Below are positions 30,475 to 41,460 of a stretch of 64,000 bases of DNA, one piece after another. The number at the start of each line of letters is the position of its first letter. Position 1 is the first letter of the stretch. The stretch is from positions 41,416,001 to 41,480,000 of the forward strand of contig OZ038378.1 of assembly GCA_964036045.1 (NCBI GenBank). The letters are read 5' to 3'. Source of the DNA: Eutreptiella sp. 'Long Island Sound 2002' (taxonomy: Eukaryota; Protista; Euglenida). Position numbers and translations under genes: made by a program. Below the pieces are notes generated by a model. That model ran no database searches, had not been told where the DNA came from, and worked only from the letters and a program-made list of their open reading frames with translations.

Positions 30475-30846
30475 GTGGATGCCCGCATTGCAGAGAGGGT
30501 GTGGCACTGCTCAGACTACGGCAGCGACCCTGCAGCCCTCGCCATGCAGTTCCCAAGGTTCACAGGCTTTGACGAGTTGCCGGACCTGTGGTGGTGGAGA
30601 AACTCCGACTCACCAGACCCCCGCGCCCGCAGCACCACCATTGAGCCGCCGGAAGCATTCGCGGCCCGCCTTGACTCGTTCCTGAAGGACCTCGCAGCCC
30701 GAGACGAGGAGACCATCGCGGTGGTGTGCCACTGGGGCGTATGCATTGCGTTGACGGGGCAGACCCTCCACAACTGCCAGCTGGTGGAGGCGGACCTTGG
30801 AAGCCTCGACCCCCGGACTGACACGGGGCTGACGCAGTACGACTGA
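30475..30846 (+). CDS. Exon 3 of the histidine phosphatase (PGAM family) gene
   Basis: AERVWHCSDYG, EPPEAFAARL and IAVVCHWG (second catalytic His); stop TGA at 30844-30846. Spliced product is about 404 aa. Confidence 0.9.
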   Translation: MDARIAERVWHCSDYGSDPAALAMQFPRFTGFDELPDLWWWRNSDSPDPRARSTTIEPPEAFAARLDSFLKDLAARDEETIAVVCHWGVCIALTGQTLHNCQLVEADLGSLDPRTDTGLTQYD

Positions 30847-31789
30847 GGCGGGCGTGGTGTGGGAATGGGGCGCTCAGGAGGAAGTTGTGTGCATCGCTTG
30901 TCCCAACTGGTGCACAAAAGTGGACATTTCGGTTCGAAAACTGAAGCAAATTCGGGGGCCCTCAGTCTGCCCCACCCAAAAAGAGGCACCATCTACGCAA
31001 TCGTTGAAACGGAATAAAACGAGGCAAAACGTACCACGCAACCAAGCTTTGTGCTGATGGGTGTGGGATGAGCATGGCTTGCGGGTGAGGCTTTGGTCTC
31101 CCCCCTCCCTGTGCAACAACTCGGGCAGCGTTTTAATGCCTGCTCTAATCAATGCCGGCAAATAGTATGTGTTGGCATTTGTGTCACAAAACAGGCAGGC
31201 CTGCCGAGGGGACAGGAGGGAGAATGCTTTGCAGGACGTGCCAAGAAAGGGGTAAGTCTTCGGTGGGATCGGGCCTAGCTGTAACCATGGCACCTAGATG
31301 GGGTCCAGAGGAATTGTGAATGTGTCCGCCCAATTATTAAGATGTATGCGTGAAACAATAGGCACCAGGAGTGGCTCTTTACGTGATTGGAGGAATGGGG
31401 TGGCGTGTTGCCACAGGAGGAAGGTCCGTGGCTAGGAGGAAGGTCCGTGGCTGCGACACGTGGTTCCCCCCTAGCCCTGGTGGCAGTTCCAAGATTGGAA
31501 AGGCCACGCCCCAGCTACTAGCTACTGATGTTCAATGTAGTTCGGTAGATGAACGCCTGTTTGGCAACGACAACATCAGATGGAAAGTAGGAACAAGCTG
31601 GGAATATGAAAAGGGGGAGGATCCATGCTTGAAACAGCATCATGCGCTAAGAGAAGGTGAGTGGGAGGGAACGCATGAACCCTGCCCCGATGGTTGCACG
31701 TTCCAAGATAGGGGCATACGCCTCCTCCGGGACACGTGCCCTAGCTAGATTCCCGGGTATTTGATGTGGTGGTTCACTTTGACACCGAA

Positions 31790-32610
31790 TTTCATTAGTC
31801 TGCTGAGGTAGTGCTCACTCCAAATGCCTTTAACCAACAGTGCCGACTTATAAGGTTGATTTTGAGACCCATGCTGTATCCATAAACACGAATTGCATCA
31901 ACAATGTTATGTATGATATCTGCACGGGGTAGGGGGATGTACAACAACAGGTCGTCTGCATAGAAGAGAACATGGATGTCAGGCGAGATGCGTTGAAGGT
32001 ATGGTACTGAGCAGACCATCACAAAGATGTTTTGGGAGGGCGGGCCGACCTATTTTATCCCTGACCCTAGGTGCACGGGGACATCGGGTACCACTCTGCG
32101 CCCCACTGCGCACAGTAGAGGCGCCCGAAACACCAACTAGAGGGGGGGGGGGGGGGTTGTCATGAGGCCATGGTTTTGGTTGTCCGATCCCAAGGCCTGC
32201 CAGGCTGCTGACACACACCAACCACGTGGGGGTGGGGTGGGGGAGTTATGCGCTTGCCTTTTAGGAATGTCATCGGGAAACAATCCCATTTCCCCCCGGC
32301 ATGAAAACAGTCCCACCAGTGTCTCCAGAGCGGAGAGGAACGACGTGGCTACAGGAAGCGTTCTCATGGGTGAGAAACGTAGACTACATTTGGAGGGATG
32401 TGCTTGAGACAGAGAGAGGCGGGAGGGCTGTTTGTAGAGCACCCACGGACGTGCTTGAAGGAGGGGTGCTTTGAAAATAGCCCTCCAGCCTCTCTCCCCC
32501 TCAAGCACACCGTCCCCCCTCCCTGTAGTTTGAAATGGTGTTGGAAAAGGCTCAAAAATAGGGTCTACTGCCCAAAAACCTTGAAACCAATGGCTGCCTA
32601 GGGTCCACCG
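31790..32610 (-). mobile_element. Decayed LINE reverse transcriptase fragment
   Basis: LFYADDLLLY...GLKIN in ORF 31795..32022, preceded by a degenerate SGIK (GIRQG-like) motif. Confidence 0.7.
32399..32509. repeat. ~110-bp imperfect palindrome (possible MITE)
   Basis: gtgcttgagacagagagaggcgggagggctgttt is inverted as aaatagccctccagcctctctccccctcaagcac. No TSD seen. Confidence 0.55.
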
Positions 32611-33099
32611 CACTTCAGTCCCTGTGTCGCGCTTGCACCGCGTCCAACGCTCCCGTCACCGCAGTCTACAGAACACTAACCGCTGTCGGTTGCTCGGCCA
32701 CGGGGGCATCCCGTGATAGGCATTCTGCAGCAACGGATGCCAAAAAAACTCGCACCAAATCAGCGGTGGACTGACTGGCTGCGGTCGGTTTCGGGCTGAT
32801 AGCTGGTGGTCAAGAGCCACCTTAGGTGGACGGCCTGTTGCGGCGCACAGCACCTTGCAGAGAGCAGTGCGATACATCCTCCGCGATACATTTGGGAGCC
32901 CCACTCCCTGGAAGCCATGCATGCCCTCAGTCTCGGCCATTGCCTAGCCCCTAGGGGAGGGGTGGGGTGGGGTGGGGTCAGGTTGGGGTTGGTGCGTGAC
33001 GCAGGCGCATCAGAGAACGTTTCCTCGGGGTGTAACGAACTTTACTAAAGGGGTTAGCGCTCTGGTCCACCCATCCATCCACCCCGTGATTGTTGCCCA

Positions 33100-34380
33100 T
33101 GTTGCGTGTTCACGTCCCTCATCCTGGGGTCAGTGGTTGGGGATGCGGGGTTGGGTTGCTTGGGCATGGAGTTGGGCTTGGGGGCTGAGGTTTGTTGTCA
33201 GGGGAAGACAGGAGCACAGTGCGTGGCCCTCCAGAAACCTCCAGCAATCTCCCCTTGCAACTCCATGGAATCCATGGAGGTCGTGGTGTACAAGGATATC
33301 ATGCGGAAACTCCTGCCCCCCTCCCCGGCAGACACAATCCAACCAATACCCATGTCAGAGGCCACCGTGACTTTCTAGCTGGACAGCCATAGGGCATAGC
33401 ATGTCCCCGAGATGGGCAACGGGAAACCTTCACGCACTCCCTTGTGCACTACCGCTTCTTCAACCGGCCTTCCATATAGCCGGGCAATGTATGGGCCCAT
33501 TCTAGTTGGACGAAGGCTCCACAGACAACCCGGAGGAAGTGTTATTGTCTCTGCTAGCCCTCGCATTGTCCGCCCCGCTAGAGTCAGGCCAGTTCGTGAA
33601 TGCGCTGCACTCACAAGTTTGATCTTAAGAGACCTCCCCCGCATTGGAAGCATTTCTTGAACCTGTGGATTCAGGACTACGGCCCTTGCTTGAGCACCCC
33701 ACCCCAACGATGCCCCACTCAGAAACCCAGATGCTGATTCATGGGCTACAACAGTTCAATAGCCCAGATGGTTTCATGAGTCATCTATGCGCAGCCCAGC
33801 CGACCTCCCGCCCCCCACCAACCCTGCTATACCCCAAGTGGAAAAAGGCCAAGAAACAGGGTCACGAGGAGGCACTTTGTGACTACTTTGAGTCAGTCAT
33901 TGAGCGTTACCAAAAAGAGGGATGGTGTATCATCTATCTAGACAGGTCCTCAGAGCGGCACCCCTAGGCAGGGCGGGTGGGGGGATACAGAGTGCACTTT
34001 GGGGATGCACGCGACGTGGCAGAGCCACTCCCCCCCCCCCCCCCGGGAGGAGCAAACGAACAACAGGGGTGGACTGAGAGCAGCGCTATGGGCTTTGCAG
34101 GGACATGTCCGAGTTCAATGTGGCTAGTTTGCCTGTACTCCACGTATGTAGTCGACGGGGTCCTGGGGCGTGCGCAGAAATAGCACCATCATAAGTGGCA
34201 AACACAATCGGGTCCGGCACAACCTGTTGATCTGTGGACACAACTTGTTGATCTGCTCAACACCATAAGAGCAGAAGTGCATTGGCTACACATACCCTCA
34301 CACATTGGAATCACGGGCAATGAGCGAACAGACAGCCTGGCCGATGAGGGAAGGCGAAAGTCAAGCTGTTGCAGGGACAA
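33100..34380 (+). mobile_element. Decayed LINE 3' region with RNase H1 domain
   Basis: IIYLDRSS (DGS-like), GGYRVHFGD, YSTYVVDG, and HWLHIPSHIGITGNERTDSLA at ~33930-34350. Confidence 0.75.
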
Positions 34381-37300
34381 ATATCAGTGTGACCAGCTGC
34401 AGCGGAGCTCGAGCAGGATGACCCCCCCCCTCCCTGGTTACCAATGGAGGCGCTGTACCGTCCTATCGGCGGAGGACCTACTTGCCCCATCTCCGCAGCC
34501 CACATGGCACCCCGGCAAGAACCCCGAGACCGCCCCCTGGAGGTGCACACACCCACGCCAAGCCATAAGCGAATGCGCATGATGCCACCACACATGCCAG
34601 CGCTATTTCCTCCCATGCCATGCACAGAGCAAGCAAAAGGAATCCACACGCCCAGAGTCATGGGGCCACGTCAAACAACCTTCCGGTCCCCAACCCTGCC
34701 CATGCCACTGAGTCCGCTAGCATCACTCAGCCTCCTCTCATCACTAGACCTGGTCGCTATAAGCCCCCCCCCCCCCCATGCTTTGATGTAGCGGCCCCTG
34801 ATAGTCCAGCGTCCATGGACACAACCTCAACCATCTCGTGCAGTACTGAAAATTTGTGCCGCCGCGTGACCCCCGAATCATGCACTTTTCGCCCCTCAAT
34901 GCCGCCCCGCACATAACCCCACCTGCATGGTTGTGTGTTTTGCTGCTGACTCCGAAACGCCTGTACGCACTGGGGGTTTTCAATCCTAAGGACTAACATA
35001 ACAAACCAGGGCCGATGACAGCGGCCAATACGAGTGACCCCTGACCACACCTGTTCCCCTGACCCTCCGTGTCCAGGCGAGACTGAATGCAAGGTATGTG
35101 GCCAAGTGAGGCCCCCACACGCAAGCATGCCCCATAGTCAGAAACAAGCCAACATGGAACACAGTGTTAACGCCACGACCCACTCAGCATCTAAACCAGC
35201 ATGACCCGGTGATAAAGCCCTCAGCCAAGCAGTCCTTGTCTCTAGCCTGAATCAGGGATGATCAGGAGGGGAACCACCACTTAATGGAACATTTGCTGGC
35301 CAGTCGAACATGCAATGTACTGAGATGGCGATTAAGGCTCTGTGAAGGCAGGCGCTACTGGAGCAAAGTGGCGGGTCCAAACCTGACCTTTTGAGGCCCC
35401 CCAGTTGGTAAGGCAGAACGGATTCCAGCGCCTGGGTGCGAGTTGATTTGCCTATGAAGCGCCCAGCAGGGCCCATTCATCGCTGTCAGGCGACAGCTGC
35501 CGTTGCATCACTGCCGACCACGGCCGACCCACCGCCATCCACAGAGCGCCAACCGCCGGTCACGAAAGCCGTGCTCGCCGGGCAATCGGCAGGTCCTTCT
35601 TCCGAAACACCCCAGCCTTCTCCACCGCTGATTCCTGATTCCTTTGCGTACCCGCCAACTGCTGTCACTTCACGTACCTCTCAGCTGTGCCCAGGCAATG
35701 ATGTGAGGCGGTTGGTACATGCAGCGACAGCCACAGCCACAGCAACCGCAAGGATCTGCTGCTGAAGGGGCCATTGGAAAGGCTCACGTTGCCTGTACCT
35801 TTGGTGCTGTTTGGGAAGCGGCAGAGCCATCCATGCATCTGCTTCTTTGCTGCGAATGTACCGAAGACAGTGGTTGGTGGGTATTTCAGAGCATTGGACC
35901 ACCAACGGGAGCCCTGCGGTGCTACCAGTCGTGGTCCCACCGGGGTCTGTGTTGGCTCAAGCAGGCGACACAGGCAAGTCCACAAAGTGACATCTCATAC
36001 ACCCTAAGAATGCCAACCAGTCGTTGGCCACCGTTGCCGAGGCTCCCAAACCCATCACACGAAGCGGCATTAATCTGCCATCCCACAACGCTGCACGTGC
36101 GCTGTGAGCCCAACTCAGCGGTGGGGGTATCTCGGGGGAGGCACCATGAGAATACGTGCATGTTCTTGTTTCGGGGGGGGGGGGGGGGGGTCGAACTTCA
36201 GTACGCTGAATTTGTGTCGCTAGGTGCCATTCCGTTGGCTCGCCTAATCTGCGGCACTGACACGTCGGCGTGTTTTTGTCGACGCGTCATGAGCCGTTGA
36301 GGCCCGGCACCCTGCAGACCCAAGCGGGTGGACATGGCTGACCTGTTCATGGTTTGGGCAGCTGGGTTCGTGCTGGTTCAATCCCGCTTCACTTTCTTTC
36401 CATCCGATGTTGTTTTGATGTTTGTGGATTCCTCTGGGGCCCAGAGCATTCTGTCCCAGTCTGCCTTGGGCTGCATCGCTCGGGCTGCATCGCTCGTCTC
36501 TTGTGTAAGTGGCACAGATTTGAAGATTGGCTTTGTGAATGTTCCGTTGTATGGCACACGCCGATGAACCATCTCTGCCCAGAGGAGTTGGTTGAAGAGC
36601 ACCGGATGGCACGCCCAGCATGTCATGACTCTGTGTCGCAACCACTGCCAAAACAAATTGTCGATCCCTCTCACTCCATCGCCGAACCATTGCCCCTGCG
36701 CTCGTGTTTTCGTTGCTCAATTTTGGAAGCCATGACCCCATGGTACAGATTTCAGGTACTTTTACGGACCACCAGTCCAGTGGCATTCAGGGAGTGTTAC
36801 CTGCACTCGGTGCGCGCCGGGCATCTGTTATCTTTTGGGACCCATGACAGGCCAACACAGCATGCCACCCTTGCCCCCGCGCTGCGTGACGGGGAAGGTG
36901 GGGGGAAGAGAAGTGAGCAAGCGGCCTGTCCCACGAGGGCAGATGGGAGAGGCGTCGCCCGCTATGGCTAAGCGGGCCAGACAAGGGGAGGGGAACGAGG
37001 AGCCCCACACTGAGGCAGAGGAGCACAAGCAGGCGAAGACAGCCCCCGCCCCACAACAGGCCAGCGGCAGCATGCCACCCCCGCCCCCGCACTGTGTAAC
37101 AGGGAAGGGGGGGGAAGGGGGGGGGGGGATTAAACGGCGGCTCCAGGCCGAGGGGGGTCAAGTGTCCGGGAGGGGTATGCCAGCCGCATCGCCCCCCGAG
37201 GTGCCGCGTGGGTGGCCAATGGCCCGAGGCCTCTTCTCACTGGGTATCACCAGGGGGTGGGGGGCAGCCGGAAGGAAAGGGGCAGGGAAGCGCGTTAACG

Positions 37301-39332
37301 ACCCAGAAAGCACGGGCAGGCCCTGGCGAGGGCCACGGGAGAGCCAGCTCTGGACACCTGAGCCCTTGGTGACAGTCTTTCCCTCGCAAGGTGTACACTA
37401 AGGGGGAGGCATAGGGAGGCGGCACGGTGGCCTGGCCCTGTCGTGCCTCTACGCTAACCCTTTTATGCACAGTGTGCAGGACCGTAATCGGCTACTTTCT
37501 TTCCACAACTCCTGGAATGGCGCGGGGGCGGATGGCCCGTCAGCAGGAGCATCTAGCGGTGCACTGTGTCACGATGTGGCAGCGGAGGCTGTAGCGGCCG
37601 CTCCCCCCCCCCCATTGGATTTCCTCAGCGGGTTCCACCCGAGGCCAGCGAGCGGAGAGGCGCCGCTCATGCCCTGTCAGCAGCCAGCCCGCCAGCGCCC
37701 GGGGTCCCCAGTGGTGGTGCCCAATCAGAATCAGCCGGTGCCGGCGGCAGCCATCAGTAGAAGTGGGCTGGGCGAGGGAAGCGGCTCCGCGGTTGGTCTG
37801 TGCCCCCCCTTCACGGCGCCCCCTCATGCAGGAGGTGCATGGAGACACACCAAGGGGTGCAAACTGCTGCAGGTATGGCCATGAGGGCCATCCGCTGGTG
37901 GTGGTGCAAGGTGGCCACAGCCAGTACATCCCACAGCCCACAGCCCACAGCCCAGTGTGATGAAAACGGCCCAGCCACCGCGTGGCATGCACGGGTGGCC
38001 ACAACGCCCGCGCGGCGAGGACAATGGAGGTACCGGTGCAGAGAGCAGCGGCCAAGCCCCGAACCAGGCAATCAGAGTGGCCCCCCGGGGGAACGCAGGA
38101 GGAGACAAACGACCTATCCCATCGGGGGCGTATTGTGTGTTGTGCGCGCACTGTGCCCGCACTATGCGCGCGCCGTGCACAAAGTTTGTACAGTACCATA
38201 CCCAATCTGCATAGTAGTGCCTAGTATCAATAACAATGAGCCCAGGGAGTACCGGGTGTGGTCACCATCAACGCCACCCTCTCCCAGTCAGCCCGGCCGT
38301 AGTCTCCTCGCATCGCTAGAGGTTAAGCGGCGTAATACCCCGCCATCACGGCGGTCAAATACACCGTCTTCGTCGGTGTCACAACCACACGCGGCAAGCC
38401 AACCGGCACGGTCCCCCTCTGCCTCGACCACCAGTAGTCCATCTCTACCGGCGCAGCGGACGTCACATTCGTGGTGAACACCGGGGTTGGGACATTCACG
38501 CTCACGAGGCAGATCACCTTCACACTCAATATCAAAGCCAAGGCCCAACAGAGGGCGCGCTCCAAAGGCTACGGCAGACTCCCATGGGAACAAGAAGGAG
38601 CGCAACACTCCCGTTTGACCGATTTGCCCGTCTATGGCATTGGGAGGTTGTTCGAGGCATTTGGATGGGTTCCGCCCATGACTGGATCCAAATGGGAGAG
38701 AGAGCCGGGAAGCACAAAGTCAAGGTGGTAGAGTAGTGGGGGCTGCAAGATGTATGGGATGTGGTGCAGGGAGAAAATAATGACCGACCGGCGATCTACA
38801 TCTTTGGGTTGGTGGAAAAAGAGGGTGCCAAATGGAGAATGTGCACGCTAGAGCGCAAGGGTGAATTAAGTACTGGCCAGGCCACTGGCCAAATGGCAAA
38901 TAAACGCGTTTATGCGTTTATTTTTCGAAAAACGCCCTTTTTGGGGGGGATAACCGTTGTTTATCGGCGTTTATTGGTGTTTATTGACATTCCTGCATAT
39001 ATTGCTGATGGTTTCTTTACCTTGTGTGGCGTAATTTTAGAGCATTTGTGCATTTGTGCATGTTTGAGGGTACCAAAGTTAGAATGTGGTGCAGGGAAGG
39101 GTGAATAGTATTGTGTGTCGGCCGGCATGGTGCATCATAGCGGGAAGATCTAGCATGTGGCTCATGGCATGAAAGGACACACGGACACACCATGTACACT
39201 CATTCATGCCCCGCATTCATGACGTCATGTGCATGTGTGCATGTGTGTCATTAACATTTTTTATTGTTCCGTATATCCCTTTGTCAGACTCTCTTTCCCT
39301 TCCTCATTGTTCTCATGGGTTCTGACGTATGG

Positions 39333-40867
39333 ATGCGCCCACTTTGCCCGGTTGCGGCTGAGGGTGCGGCTTGGTTGCACTTCCACAGTGTTGCCGAGGC
39401 CCTCCGTTTCCTGCATTCCGAGGCGGGAGGGTCTTTGCGGCACCTCAAGCACACCCAAGTCGCCCGTGTAGCCAAAAGCGACGGCACCCGGAACGGCTAT
39501 TCCTTCACCTTCAAGGAGCCAGCGTCCATGGTTGTCGCTAGGCCCGCGCGTCCGCAGCCGGCAACCACACAGCCACACCCACTTTGGCATCATTTGGGGT
39601 GACGGCTGTGCGTTGCGCTTGTTGCGGTGCGAACATATGTGGTGTGCGACACTCTTGCACCGGGTGTAATGGAACTGTCGACGAGGCTTGTATGGCCCGT
39701 GTCGGCACCGGGGTACACTGCTTCACATGCACGTGTCGGGCTTGCAGGCGTGCACTAAGCGGCCACTTCGTGCAATGCCGGAAGTGCAACTTTCGGGTGC
39801 ATGGTGAATGCACCACAGATGGCCTTTGCACCCTTTGTAGTGCCGCATGGGAGTGCTACAGTGCGCAAGCCGCGCAAGTTCAATCCAAGGTGGCTCTTGT
39901 CGAGGCCTTGGCTTCGGTACGACCCGGTTTGTGTCTTGATGTGGTGCGAGGCTTGTCGCACGCATCCACAAATTGGCTGTTCTGTGCCTTTTGTCCAAGG
40001 TACCTCAAACTTCAAGGTGTTCTGTTTGAAAGAACATGGTAAATCGGGCACCAATTGCGTCTCTCTTGCCCTGTGGAAGACCGGTGGCCGTGTCACCTCG
40101 GTGATGCGTACGTTGCCAACTGAGGTACAAGATGGGATCATGGGTTTGTTTCGCACGGTGTATAGACTCGTGCAATCCTATGAACCCATGACTAACCTTG
40201 AGGGTAATTCTGAATTGGTAGTGCTCAATGGGGGCCACATTCTCCCCAGTTATCGCTCCCGCGTCTCAGGTGCTGAGATTTTGAGGTTCATTGTCCACCC
40301 CCTCCATGCCTCGCAGGGTTCCATTGTGACTGAATGCCAATTTTTCGTTATCGCATCAGATTTGTGTACCGACCGTTCGTCAAAGAAGGAGGAGCTTTTT
40401 ATGTTCGTACGGTCGTGGATGCACGAATGGTGACCAATTTTTTTTCATGCCAACCCCTCCCCGCGGGTAACGCCAATGGCATCGTCACCGCTTTGAAGCG
40501 TAGTATGGCCGCTGCCGGGGTGGATCTTGAAACGTGGTTGCCAAAGATTTTTTTCTATTGTGGCGACGGGGCAAGTGTTGTCCAAGGGGAACATGGTGGG
40601 GTGGTTGCCATCCTTGGGGAGTTGCAGCAACAATGAACAGGGGATAACGTGATTGTGCCTTACCGTGCGAGTTGCCACAGGTGTGACCTGGCCTTCAAGG
40701 CCGCCATGCAACTTGACCACGCGTTTTTGGATCTTTTGGCAGATACCTTGCAATCTGCCGCGTCACTTTGGAATAACGCCCCCTCTAGGCTAAAAACCTT
40801 GCAAGCTGTTGCACAGAGTCTTGAGGCAGATGCACGACACGTTGCAAGAGATAGAGGCAGCGGCTAG
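39333..40867 (+). pseudogene. hAT transposase (TTF-zinc-finger type) with N-terminal NUMOD1-like and PHD-like modules; frameshifted
   Basis: RKFNPRW...PWLRYD...MWCEACR...GTSNFK...LKEH (ZnF_TTF-like), SDLCTDRSSKKEE (first D), CGDGASVV (second D), SCHRCDLA (C..H-like motif). Spread over ORFs 39264, 39584, 39801, 40334 and 40649. Confidence 0.8.
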
Positions 40868-41059
40868 CGAATGGCCGCCCGACTTTTAGGCATGCACACT
40901 TCCGCTCGGAATTTGACTGTGACAGTCTGCAAGTGATTTTTTCAAACTGCTTTAGTGCCTTTATACTATGTGCACAATATCATCTGCTCAATCATTGTTC
41001 CACTGTTTGCAGGTGAAACGTACAAAGTGTGATGGTATGTTTAAAAAATGAACCACCGG

Positions 41060-41460
41060 GCAATGCGGATGAAAACAGCCTCAAGGAAATAGCTAGCGCA
41101 AATGAACTTGCAAAAAGCATCAGGTAATAAGCAGTTTCACACTTTTTGACAAAAATCACAAAAAAGCCAAAGAGCAGCGTGTATTTCAAGTGTGTATTTC
41201 AAGGCAATGTGGATGAAAACAACCGGAAGGACATACGAAGCGCGAATGAACTGGCAAAAAACATCAGGTAAGAAGCATTTTTGACACTTTTTGACAAAAA
41301 AACACAAAAAAACCAAAGAGCAGTGTGTATTTCAAGGCAATTTGGATGAAAACAACCTCAAGCAAGTAGGAAGTGCAAATGACCTTGCAAAAAGCATCGA
41401 TTAATTGGCAAAAATGACAAAAAAAACACAAAATAAACCAAAATAAACATTGAAATCAAT
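41060..41460. repeat. Subterminal ~135-145-bp tandem repeats x3 inside the hAT element
   Basis: gcaat(gc/gt/tt)ggatgaaaaca...gcaaaaa.catc...tgacaaaaa recurs at ~41060, ~41204 and ~41337. Confidence 0.8.

Noticed and set aside
35436-38690. Host gene(s) in several 100-220-aa GC-rich ORFs
   Set aside because: Overlapping ORFs on both strands, with no domain motif or convincing splice pattern recognised. Left unannotated rather than excluded.
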